A DNA stretch of 46,454 nucleotides from a virus (taxonomy: Duplodnaviria; Heunggongvirae; Uroviricota; Caudoviricetes): the IMG/VR virus record IMGVR_UViG_3300043024_000042; one strand, given 5' to 3'. Positions 9,264-17,224 of the stretch are shown piece after piece (positions within the stretch are counted from its first letter, which is position 1; each line of letters opens with the position of its first letter). Below the pieces are notes generated by a model, which saw only the letters and a program-made list of their open reading frames with translations, did not search any database and was not told where the DNA came from. The translations under genes were made by a program, and so were the position numbers.

Positions 9264-11381
9264 ATGGCAAAAATTCCTTTGGGTCAGGTCTCCATCATCT
9301 ACAAGGGTGCGTGGGACAAGACCAAGACTTATTCGAGGAACCATGCGGTAAGCACATCGGATTCCTCTTATGTTTCCTTGAAGGACAACAACACGGGGCA
9401 TGAGGTCACGGACACGGAATGGTGGTACCCCTCCGCTTTGGGCACGCAGGCCACTGACGCCGCCGAGAAAGCCACCGCAGCGGCTAAGGCCGCCAACGAT
9501 GCCGCCACGACCCTGGCCCCCACCATCGAAGAGTTGCAGGACAAGATCGAGAAGGTGGACGCTTTGGCCAACCTCCAGCCGCGTTATTTCGTGGGCGGAT
9601 GGGTGGATAATAACCTGGATGCCGAGGCCAGCGAGACGCATGGTGACAAGTCGGTGTTGCAGGACTTGTACCGCCCCGTCCTTATCGACCATACGGACAA
9701 CACCGCTGGCGAGTTGAACAAGGCGAGGGTGCTGAAACAGAACAACACCTTCCGCTACGATGATGGCACGTTTGCCCCTGCCGTGGGTATCACGGAGACG
9801 GAGCGTGCGGAGTGCGATGTGGAACTTTACCTGGATGCGGAGGGCGCGAACAAGTACTGCGATGCCGGTGCTTTCGATGCGGAGGCCTTCTACAACGAGT
9901 ATGGTGTCACGCAGAAACTCTACAACGCATCGGGTGAGGAAGTCAGGGTGTTGCGCCCTTGGGAGACCACGCGCACCGACCTCTCCATTATGATTGCGAA
10001 CATCAAGCCCGTGATGTACCTTGGCGATGCCATCGGAAATACGGGCAAGCGTTGGAAGGGTGCGTTCCTATCGGGCACGGATTGGGACGGCATCGACCTG
10101 ACGAAGTGGACGTTGCAGCCTACCGCCTTCTCGCCTACGGGTGTGGGAACCATCAGTGGCAAGACGCGCAGTTTCTTCTTCGACTACGCTATCGGAGATA
10201 CCAACTCGCGCGGTGCGGCAGGCCTTAACTCCGCATGGAAGGTGTTCACGGGTGACGGGTTCTACCCCCGTACCAACGACTGCCAGCAGCCCACCATCAT
10301 GCAGTGGGCGAGGGCGAACAATAGCGATGCCAAGGCCAGTGTGCCGTTTGCCGAGGGCGGTTACTTCGCCTATGATGTGTTCAACGGCATCCACGAGGCC
10401 TTGTATGGTACGAACTATATCCACGACCCCAACCTCTTCTCCAGCGGTGTCTCATCGAACGACACCTGCACGGACGAGGCGACCTGGAAAGCCAACGGAG
10501 GCACGCGCACAAGGGCCGTGGGTACGGAGACCTGGCAGTACAAGAATTGGGGCGAGAGCGGTCAGATGTGGTACTCATCCGCCAAAGGCTCGAATATGTC
10601 CGAGATGCTGAACCAATACTGGGCCAAGGAGAAGGTGAACGAATCCCTCATGGTGGCCTCGTATATCAACGAGACGGGGCAGGCCGAGGGCGAAGAGTTC
10701 GAGTTATACGGCAGCACCTATTATTATAATAAGGTAAGCGGTGCGCTGGGCGATGGTATCAATATGCGCATCTACCGCGTGGTAAGGACGACCCTTTCGG
10801 GTTACACCACCGCGGGTGTGGCGCAGGACTTCGAGGTCGAGTTGATCCTCCGTTTCGGTGTGCTGGACGGATGCAGCCATTCGGGTGACGTGTGGAAGTA
10901 CTGCGGTGGCGGTGCGAGTGCCATCGGTACTTGTGCCAAGACCACGAGCGGTTCTGTGGGTAATCCCGTGGACCTCTATATCCAGCCCGACCAGTCGCAG
11001 TGGACCTACGAGACCGTGACCACGAAGAACAACCTCGGCAAATGGGATTTGGAGGATTCCTATATCTATATGGGACGCTCGTCCACCCTGGGCTATGCTT
11101 GGTCTGCCAAACGTATGGCTTTCACTCCGTGGAACACGAAGAATGGCGGTGGCATCAATACGGGTATGTGCTTTTACGCTTACGCGCTCAACTATTGGAG
11201 TACAACTCTCGACCAGCGCGTTCAAGTCGCTTTGCGTTTTGGCGGTTATGCTCATTATAGTCTTTGCGCCCGCAGGTTTCTTTATGCTAGTTTCGCGTGG
11301 AGTGTTACGTCCCGCGCTTATGGAGGGTTTGCTCAAGTTTTGATTGACCCGCAGGTCGGTGTGAACGAGCCGCAGGCTTAG
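9264..11381 (+). CDS. DGR target protein, probable receptor-binding tail-fibre protein (705 aa) with VR at the C-terminus
   Basis: The last ~50 codons contain VR (QVALRFGGYAHYSLCARRFLYASFAWSVTSRAYGGFAQV). The RFGG...R...GF pattern fits C-type-lectin-fold DGR targets. Confidence 0.85.
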   Translation: MAKIPLGQVSIIYKGAWDKTKTYSRNHAVSTSDSSYVSLKDNNTGHEVTDTEWWYPSALGTQATDAAEKATAAAKAANDAATTLAPTIEELQDKIEKVDALANLQPRYFVGGWVDNNLDAEASETHGDKSVLQDLYRPVLIDHTDNTAGELNKARVLKQNNTFRYDDGTFAPAVGITETERAECDVELYLDAEGANKYCDAGAFDAEAFYNEYGVTQKLYNASGEEVRVLRPWETTRTDLSIMIANIKPVMYLGDAIGNTGKRWKGAFLSGTDWDGIDLTKWTLQPTAFSPTGVGTISGKTRSFFFDYAIGDTNSRGAAGLNSAWKVFTGDGFYPRTNDCQQPTIMQWARANNSDAKASVPFAEGGYFAYDVFNGIHEALYGTNYIHDPNLFSSGVSSNDTCTDEATWKANGGTRTRAVGTETWQYKNWGESGQMWYSSAKGSNMSEMLNQYWAKEKVNESLMVASYINETGQAEGEEFELYGSTYYYNKVSGALGDGINMRIYRVVRTTLSGYTTAGVAQDFEVELILRFGVLDGCSHSGDVWKYCGGGASAIGTCAKTTSGSVGNPVDLYIQPDQSQWTYETVTTKNNLGKWDLEDSYIYMGRSSTLGYAWSAKRMAFTPWNTKNGGGINTGMCFYAYALNYWSTTLDQRVQVALRFGGYAHYSLCARRFLYASFAWSVTSRAYGGFAQVLIDPQVGVNEPQA
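11223..11339 (+). repeat. DGR variable repeat (VR), 117 bp
   Basis: Aligns without gaps to 11734-11850 with 17 mismatches, every one opposite an A in TR. Confidence 0.97.
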
Positions 11382-11508
11382 CGCAGCACGGCGCAGCCGG
11401 ACGCAGTAGGGGCGCAGCCCCGCCCGTGATATAGGAGGCCCGCGCGGGTGGGGCGCAGCCCCTTCGAGGAAAGAAAGGTGCGCAGCACCTTTTACGGCAC
11501 GCAGTGCC
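11346..11508 (+). other. Array of c(GCA)g triloop hairpins downstream of VR
   Basis: Examples: GGGGC-GCA-GCCCC twice (11409, 11450), AAAGGTGC-GCA-GCACCTTT (11474), CGGCAC-GCA-GTGCCG (11494), CGGC-GCA-GCCG (11389), AGCC-GCA-GGCT (11368). Confidence 0.85.
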
Positions 11509-11608
11509 GAAGGGGTATAAGCACTTTGGCTCTCAATCGGTTAGGTCGAAATGGTTCCTTTAGACGGGAGCAAATTAGGATTCTTTAAGGATTTTAATCC
11601 CGTGAATC

Positions 11609-11640
11609 CTTGGCTCGCATTGGTATTTTCCTTACCTTTG
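11609..11640 (+). promoter_or_regulatory. Bacteroidetes-type promoter for the TR-RT transcript
   Basis: TACCTTTG at 11633-11640 matches the TAnnTTTG -7 box; CTTG (a -33 variant) lies 20 bp upstream. Confidence 0.55.
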
Positions 11641-11733
11641 CACCCGTAAAAATTCTTACGTCTGCCGACAAGTTGAACATAGGGATTCATCCTCTGAAAC
11701 GGCAAAGTAAGGTTGGAACAATGAGGCTGTACA

Positions 11734-11850
11734 CAAGTCGCTTTGCGTTTTGGCGGTAATGCTAATAATAGTAATTGCGCCCGCAGGTATCTTAATGCTA
11801 ATAACGCGTGGAGTAATACGAACCGCAATTATGGAGGGTTTGCTAAAGTT
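11734..11850 (+). ncRNA. DGR template repeat (TR), 117 bp
   Basis: Non-coding copy of VR with 10 AAY codon positions and 32 adenines; lies between the target gene and the RT. Confidence 0.95.
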
Positions 11851-11999
11851 GAAATGAGCGGACAATAATAACGACCCGATAAGATGAGTGTACGGAACCA
11901 TGCCCGGAAGTGGCGGAAAAGTATAAGACCAGCACTTGTGATTGGAGAAGTGTGCAAGCATAAACTTGCGAAACGCTCAAAACTTGAATAATTATTAAC

Positions 12000-13373
12000 A
12001 TGATAGAAGTTGAGATTGGTTTTATTTTAAGACAGATTCACAAAGCATCCCTGGGCCGCAGAAAGCGCAAGGATGTGAAGGAGGCTCTGAATGAGATAGA
12101 CCATTACGCGAATATCATTAGGGAAGATATACGAACGGGAAATTACCTCTCCAAACTCCGTTACAAGGTCGGGGAGGTGACGAACAAGAACGGCAAGCAC
12201 CGCATCACCTACCAGCCCGATTTCTATACGCTGGTGGTGATTTACGTGGGGATAGGCTTGATACAGCCGTACTACCAAGAGGTGGACGTGCGCGTGGGCT
12301 TGAACTGCATCAAGCACCGCGGCATCACCGCCAAGGGCAGGAACAACTCGGTTGTCAAGCGAGCCAAGCACGCTTACTTCGACCGCCCCGATTTGACCTA
12401 TGTCCTTTCCATCGACATGAGAAAGTGCTATATGCACTTCCGTCCCGAGGTGGTGAGGAAAGCGTTGAAGGGTATCGGGGTAAGGAAGGAGTTGAACGAC
12501 TTCGTGCTGTCCCTAAGTTTTGTCGGGAAGGTATTCCCGGTGGGCACACCCTTGTCCCCTCTCATCCACCATATCGTATTAAGCAGTTACGACAGAAAGA
12601 TGAAGGGAGAGTGCATGACGCTGCGCTACGCGGACAACGTGTTCTGTTTCTGCAAGAGCAAGGAGCAGGCGCAGAGGTTGAAATGGCGCACGATGAATCA
12701 TTGGTGGTACGAGTTGAAGATTCGTGCCAAGCGTCACGAGATAAAGATAGTGCCCATGAGCGTTCCCCTGGATATTTGCGGATTCATCTTCCATCGCAAC
12801 CATCGGGCCATAACGAGCCACGACAAGGGATATGTGACCGTGAGGAAATCCACCCTAAAGACAGCCATGACTGCCACGGGTAGGAATTGGAGCAGTTACT
12901 TCGGTACATTGCAGAAGGCGGACACCTATTCACTTATGCGAAAAATAGAGCAGCGAATGAAACTGAAACAACTGACTGACAAGATACGAATCAAGCGGAA
13001 TCTCGATGCGAAGGAGATTCATCCCAAAGAACTTGCCGAGACGGGGCAGGTGTTCACCATTTACGATTATGAGATGCGGAAGGATTCCAAGGGCAACGCG
13101 AACTGGATCAAGTGCCTTATCGGTTATCCCGAGATGATAGATGGCGAGCCTACGGGACGGATAGCAGCGCGTGAGTTCCACGGAGGGTTCTCTTGTTTGG
13201 TCGAGTTCCATACGCTGGTCGAGCGGCAGTACGGACAGAAACAGAACTTCCTCCCCATCGAGGATGTTTCCATCGAGAACCACTGCGGCTATGTGTATAA
13301 GGATTCAACGAATACTATTGATTACATCGAAGATGAAAGCAGTGAACAAGATTCAGGTCGCCTCTTCGCGTGA
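12000..13373 (+). CDS. DGR reverse transcriptase with C-terminal extension (457 aa)
   Basis: RT motifs LSIDMRKCY, FPVGTPLSP, LRYADNVF, LDICGFIF; adjacent to the TR/VR pair. Confidence 0.92.
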   Translation: MIEVEIGFILRQIHKASLGRRKRKDVKEALNEIDHYANIIREDIRTGNYLSKLRYKVGEVTNKNGKHRITYQPDFYTLVVIYVGIGLIQPYYQEVDVRVGLNCIKHRGITAKGRNNSVVKRAKHAYFDRPDLTYVLSIDMRKCYMHFRPEVVRKALKGIGVRKELNDFVLSLSFVGKVFPVGTPLSPLIHHIVLSSYDRKMKGECMTLRYADNVFCFCKSKEQAQRLKWRTMNHWWYELKIRAKRHEIKIVPMSVPLDICGFIFHRNHRAITSHDKGYVTVRKSTLKTAMTATGRNWSSYFGTLQKADTYSLMRKIEQRMKLKQLTDKIRIKRNLDAKEIHPKELAETGQVFTIYDYEMRKDSKGNANWIKCLIGYPEMIDGEPTGRIAAREFHGGFSCLVEFHTLVERQYGQKQNFLPIEDVSIENHCGYVYKDSTNTIDYIEDESSEQDSGRLFA

Positions 13374-13728
13374 GACGGACGACAACAAGGGCCTTACCGA
13401 ATGGAAGGACGGAAAGTGCATTTCCCTTGACGAGGGCACGAAAATCAGTTATTATATCGGCCATGAGGTCGTAAGACGCATGGAGGACGAGAAGGAGGTG
13501 GAGGTCACTCTTGCCTTCCCTATCCGTGTGGATAAACCCGCCAAGCGTGACGCGCTCATCAATGCGGCTGAAATGGCCGCGTACAGCCTGCGTACCCCGA
13601 TGGATGTGGCCTCCTTCACGGCCTCCCTCGCCCGCAAGTCACGGGAAAACGCGGACGATGAAGAGGTCAAGGAACATGACGCGTTCATCGCCTGGGTGAA
13701 GGACGAACTGACGAAAATCGGCAAATAA
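13333..13728 (+). CDS. Hypothetical protein (131 aa) overlapping the RT 3' end
   Basis: ATG at 13333 (MKAVNKIQV...); open to TAA 13728; codon usage like neighbouring genes. Confidence 0.7.
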   Translation: MKAVNKIQVASSRETDDNKGLTEWKDGKCISLDEGTKISYYIGHEVVRRMEDEKEVEVTLAFPIRVDKPAKRDALINAAEMAAYSLRTPMDVASFTASLARKSRENADDEEVKEHDAFIAWVKDELTKIGK

Positions 13729-13749
13729 GCATTAAAGTTTGTTAAACGC

Positions 13750-13780
13750 TTTGCAAGTTCGGTTTTTGTATTTATATTTG
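13750..13780 (+). promoter_or_regulatory. Bacteroidetes sigma-A promoter
   Basis: TTTG (13750) - 19 bp - TATATTTG (13773). Confidence 0.75.
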
Positions 13781-13909
13781 CAGCAATTTCTACTATGGTA
13801 GATAAAAGTCGTGGAAATTCCACGTGGATTGAAACGAAAAAGTGATAGGAATGTAGGATTCTTATAAGTCACTGATTGAGCGTTCGGGGCAACTCGGACG
13901 CTCTTTTTT
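13781..13909 (+). ncRNA. Candidate ~125-nt small RNA or leader transcript
   Basis: Bounded by a consensus promoter and a strong terminator; internal hairpins GTGGA-AAT-TCCAC and AGTGA/TAGGAAT...ATTCTTA/TCACT; also contains a 16-codon ORF at 13795-13845. Confidence 0.5.
13878..13909 (+). terminator. Intrinsic terminator
   Basis: GAGCGTTCGGG-GCAA-CTCGGACGCTC followed by T6. Confidence 0.85.
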
Positions 13910-13929
13910 CATGTTTGCCCCTCAAAAAA

Positions 13930-13960
13930 TTTGGTAATTCAAATGTCAATCGTATCTTTG
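13930..13960 (+). promoter_or_regulatory. Promoter upstream of the lysis cassette
   Basis: TTTG (13930) - 19 bp - TATCTTTG (13953). Confidence 0.7.
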
Positions 13961-13989
13961 TGGTGATTGTTTTTCAAGGGTATACGATT

Positions 13990-14460
13990 ATGTTAAGTTC
14001 GATTAAGACATTGTTCGTGAGCATTGTGTCAGCGATAGCGGCATATTTGCATCCGTTGGACGGGGAGATGCAAGCAATTCTCGCCGTGTTCTTCTGCAAT
14101 TTCTTCTGCGGTCTGCTGGCCGACATCATCGGCCATAACGGGGGTTTCAAGTTCAAGAAGGCCTGGCGGTGCGTGGTCGAGTGTACGGTGTTCTTCGGGT
14201 TCGTCTGCTTCATCTATTTTGTGGGCGAGCACAAGGGCAATCCCTCGGGGGCCTTGCAGTGCGTGTCGCTTGTGACCTATGCCATCATTTGGTTCTACAC
14301 CACGAATATTCTTAGGAATTTGGGTATCATCCTTCCCGATGGGACCATCGGCCACAGATGTATCAAGTTCATGTATTATGTGGCATCGGTGGAGTTTGTG
14401 AAGAAGATACCTTATCTGTCGGACTATATCAGCAAGGAGGAAAAGAATGAAAGCAAGTGA
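13990..14460 (+). CDS. Phage holin
   Basis: Several hydrophobic segments and a charged C-terminus; overlaps the lysozyme start. Confidence 0.8.
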   Translation: MLSSIKTLFVSIVSAIAAYLHPLDGEMQAILAVFFCNFFCGLLADIIGHNGGFKFKKAWRCVVECTVFFGFVCFIYFVGEHKGNPSGALQCVSLVTYAIIWFYTTNILRNLGIILPDGTIGHRCIKFMYYVASVEFVKKIPYLSDYISKEEKNESK

Positions 14461-14890
14461 CAAACTTATCTCGAAGTTGAAGGAGTACGAGGGCCTGCGG
14501 CTCAATGCCTACAAATGCCCCGCGGGTGCGTGGACGATAGGCTACGGCCATACCAAGGGTGTCAAGCAGGGTGATGTGATAACGGCACAGCAAGCCGAAC
14601 AATACCTTCGGGAGGATTTGTTCTCCTTCGAGCAGGGAGTGATCGTGCTGGCCGGACAGAAGAAGTTCAGCATGACGCAGGGGCAGTTCGATGCCCTTGT
14701 GGACTTCGCCTACAATCTCGGCCTTGGTGCGTTGCGCTCATCGACATTGGTAAGACGCATCGCGGCCGGTGCGGGATTGGAGGTCATTCAAGCCGAGTTC
14801 AAGAAGTGGGTCATAGCAGGAGGAAAGACCCTGCCTGGATTGGTAAGAAGAAGGGAGTGGGAGGCCCAGCGGTATGCGGAAACTGATTAG
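14447..14890 (+). CDS. Endolysin, GH24 (T4/lambda RrrD-like) lysozyme
   Basis: EYEGLRLNAYKCPAGAWTIGYGHT, QGQFDALVDFAYNLG and GLVRRREWE motifs. Confidence 0.93.
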   Translation: MKASDKLISKLKEYEGLRLNAYKCPAGAWTIGYGHTKGVKQGDVITAQQAEQYLREDLFSFEQGVIVLAGQKKFSMTQGQFDALVDFAYNLGLGALRSSTLVRRIAAGAGLEVIQAEFKKWVIAGGKTLPGLVRRREWEAQRYAETD

Positions 14891-15350
14891 CGTGATGGTT
14901 ATCCTGCTATTGGCCGGATGCAAGACGAAGTACATCCCCGTGGAGGTCAAGGCCACGGAAACGATAACATTAAGGGACACCGCCATCGTGGAGAAACTTG
15001 TGGAGTACCATGATTCGGTGTCGGTGAGAGATACGTCAAGTTACTTGAAGAACGAGTATTGCGAGACGTATGCGAGTTTTGAGAACGGGATTCTCCATCA
15101 CTCCCTGGGGACCTTGAAGGATGCCCATGTGGAAGTGGTGACGCAGGTCAAGGAAATCGAGAAAGTGGTGGAGAAACCTACCATTGTGGAGAAGGAGAAG
15201 AAGGTCGAGGTGGAACGGAAACTCACTTTCTTTGAAAAGGCTTGTATGAATTTGGGCAAAGTGACTATCTTTGCACTGATAATTTTGGTTGTTTACTTAT
15301 TGACGAAAGGAGGTATTCTTGGAAAGATAATAAAATGGGTCGGTTTGTAG
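14874..15350 (+). CDS. Lipoprotein with C-terminal transmembrane helix, probable unimolecular spanin
   Basis: Lipobox LLAG-C at the N-terminus; hydrophobic VTIFALIILVVYLL near the C-terminus; directly follows the endolysin. Confidence 0.7.
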   Translation: MRKLISVMVILLLAGCKTKYIPVEVKATETITLRDTAIVEKLVEYHDSVSVRDTSSYLKNEYCETYASFENGILHHSLGTLKDAHVEVVTQVKEIEKVVEKPTIVEKEKKVEVERKLTFFEKACMNLGKVTIFALIILVVYLLTKGGILGKIIKWVGL

Positions 15351-15437
15351 AAGTTCCCGACCCAAAAGCACAGAGATAACAAAAGTTTTAGATTGCGTCT
15401 GATGAAGTATTAACATTCATCGGGCGCATTTTGTTTT

Positions 15438-15719
15438 ATGGAATACAAGAATTTATTAAGAATAGTGCTGGAGGTCTGCTGCATGACGGAGGCGGACTTC
15501 CACAAGAGTAACCGCCAGGACCACGTGGATGCGCGTGCCATGGTGGTGCATATCCTCATCGAGGAAGGGTATTCGGAGAGGTATGTTTCCAAGGTGACGG
15601 GATTTTCCCAACAGCGGGTCAATTCGCTAAAGAACGGATTCAAGTACCGAAGGAGTTACGAACTTACAACCAACTTACAAGCGGTTCACAAAAGACTGTT
15701 GGAGGAACAAGCGGAATAG
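15438..15719 (+). CDS. Small helix-turn-helix protein (DnaA domain-IV-like)
   Basis: DARAMVVHILIEEGYSERYVSKVTGFSQQRVNSL pattern. Confidence 0.6.
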   Translation: MEYKNLLRIVLEVCCMTEADFHKSNRQDHVDARAMVVHILIEEGYSERYVSKVTGFSQQRVNSLKNGFKYRRSYELTTNLQAVHKRLLEEQAE

Positions 15720-15770
15720 TCGGATATTTGCCATGCAACCGATATTGGTTGTGACTTAAAACTTATCAAT

Positions 15771-16667
15771 ATGGCAGATGAGAAAATGACGGAGAAGGTG
15801 TATTGTTACAATCATCCTTCCCAAGACAATTCGCTGGCCCTTGCAGCGATGATGAACCAAAAGAGTTGTGACCCCGCTATGCTGGCTCTGATGAACCAAA
15901 ACAACGAGTGGCAAAACTCACCTTTCGCGTATATCATGTTTATGATGTTGTTCCGTCAGATGAACGGATGGGGTAACGAAAACGGCCAGGGCCAGCAGAA
16001 CATCGAGATGCAGAACCAACTCGCGGCCATCCGCTCGCAGTTGTCCGACAACCAAAATTCGGGTCTCGTCATGGAGGCTATCAGAGGCAACGCTACGGCC
16101 ATCGGTCAGTTGGCGCAGACCCTCAACTGCGACTTCAACGCTCTGAACAATGCCGTGTGTGACGTCAGAGCGGGTATTGACAAGGTAGCCGGTCAGGTTG
16201 GATTCTCCGCGGAGAGAGTGATTAATGCGGTGAACCTCGGTGATTCAAGTATCGTAAGCAAGTTGCAGGAATGTTGCTGTCAGACCAAGACGGCCATCCT
16301 CGAGATGGGCTATCAGAACCAGTTGGCGAACTGCCAGCAGACGGGTGCGCTCACGAACGCTATCAACGGAGGTGTAAATGCCATTCAGAACAACCTCACG
16401 CATTTGGGTTTCGGGATGCAGCAGGGTTTCACCAACATGGGCAACATCACGCAGCAGGGATTCTCGTCCATCGGCTATGCCACCCAGCAGCAGACCTGCG
16501 AGATTCTGCAAGGCCAGCAGGCATCGACACAGAGAATCATCGACACGCTGAACTGCCATTGGAACCAAGATCTCCAGCAGCGTTACAATGACGCACGATT
16601 GGAGTTGTCGCAGTTAAAGCAGAACGAGACGCTGATCGCTGCGCTCAAAACAACCACCACTGCGTGA
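15771..16667 (+). CDS. Gln/Asn-rich hypothetical protein (298 aa)
   Basis: Long ORF, Q/N/M-rich, with an ECCCQTK motif. Confidence 0.75.
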   Translation: MADEKMTEKVYCYNHPSQDNSLALAAMMNQKSCDPAMLALMNQNNEWQNSPFAYIMFMMLFRQMNGWGNENGQGQQNIEMQNQLAAIRSQLSDNQNSGLVMEAIRGNATAIGQLAQTLNCDFNALNNAVCDVRAGIDKVAGQVGFSAERVINAVNLGDSSIVSKLQECCCQTKTAILEMGYQNQLANCQQTGALTNAINGGVNAIQNNLTHLGFGMQQGFTNMGNITQQGFSSIGYATQQQTCEILQGQQASTQRIIDTLNCHWNQDLQQRYNDARLELSQLKQNETLIAALKTTTTA

Positions 16668-16673
16668 ACTAAC

Positions 16674-16720
16674 GGAGGTGCGGATGCGTTATCCATTCAG
16701 ATGGAGGCCACCGCACCTCC
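16674..16720 (+). other. Intergenic stem-loop
   Basis: GGAGGTGCGG (16674) pairs with CCGCACCTCC (16711) and encloses TCCAT-TCAG-ATGGA; no clear U-tract follows. Confidence 0.6.
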
Positions 16721-16747
16721 TAAATCCAAACGTAAACGAAAGAAGAA

Positions 16748-17224
16748 ATGCAATTCAGAGAAGTAAAGCAAGGCTATTCCGTCTACCTGCTTGACAAGAG
16801 CCTTATGAAGGTGCAGCAGGTAAGGGTTATCGGGGTGGGTGTTCCCTACAACGAGCCGCCCAAGGTGGGCCAGTTATCCAATATCAACCGATTGGTGGAT
16901 GTCACCATCGAGCAGGAGGGGAGGAACCATGTGTATGCCATTCCCGAGACCGCCTGCGTGACGTATGCCGGAGAGACCGTCCTCTCCACGGATGCGGACG
17001 GAATCTTGCGGGAGGTCAAGGCGGTGAAGTCACAGAGCGAGGAAGTGCTGGCCTCGGTGGATGCCCATCGGGAGAAGGTTCTTCGGTGTGAGGAAATCAT
17101 CGGGGAACTTGACACCGCCTACAAGGACAAGAAGGAAATGGATTCCCGATTAAGCAAGGTTGAGGAATTCATGCTCGAGATGAAGGAGGATATCAAGTCA
17201 CTTGTAAGGGAACTGAAAGCATGA
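16748..17224 (+). CDS. Hypothetical protein with C-terminal coiled coil (158 aa)
   Basis: Clean ORF in the same operon-like run as the two upstream genes. Confidence 0.7.
   Translation: MQFREVKQGYSVYLLDKSLMKVQQVRVIGVGVPYNEPPKVGQLSNINRLVDVTIEQEGRNHVYAIPETACVTYAGETVLSTDADGILREVKAVKSQSEEVLASVDAHREKVLRCEEIIGELDTAYKDKKEMDSRLSKVEEFMLEMKEDIKSLVRELKA

Noticed and set aside
11382-11733. avd gene between target and TR
   Set aside because: No suitable plus-strand ORF; the interval is filled by hairpins and a promoter.
12000-13373. RT as a group II intron, retron or Abi RT
   Set aside because: The adjacent TR/VR pair with A-only mismatches identifies a DGR; I saw no intron domain V or msr/msd-type flanks.
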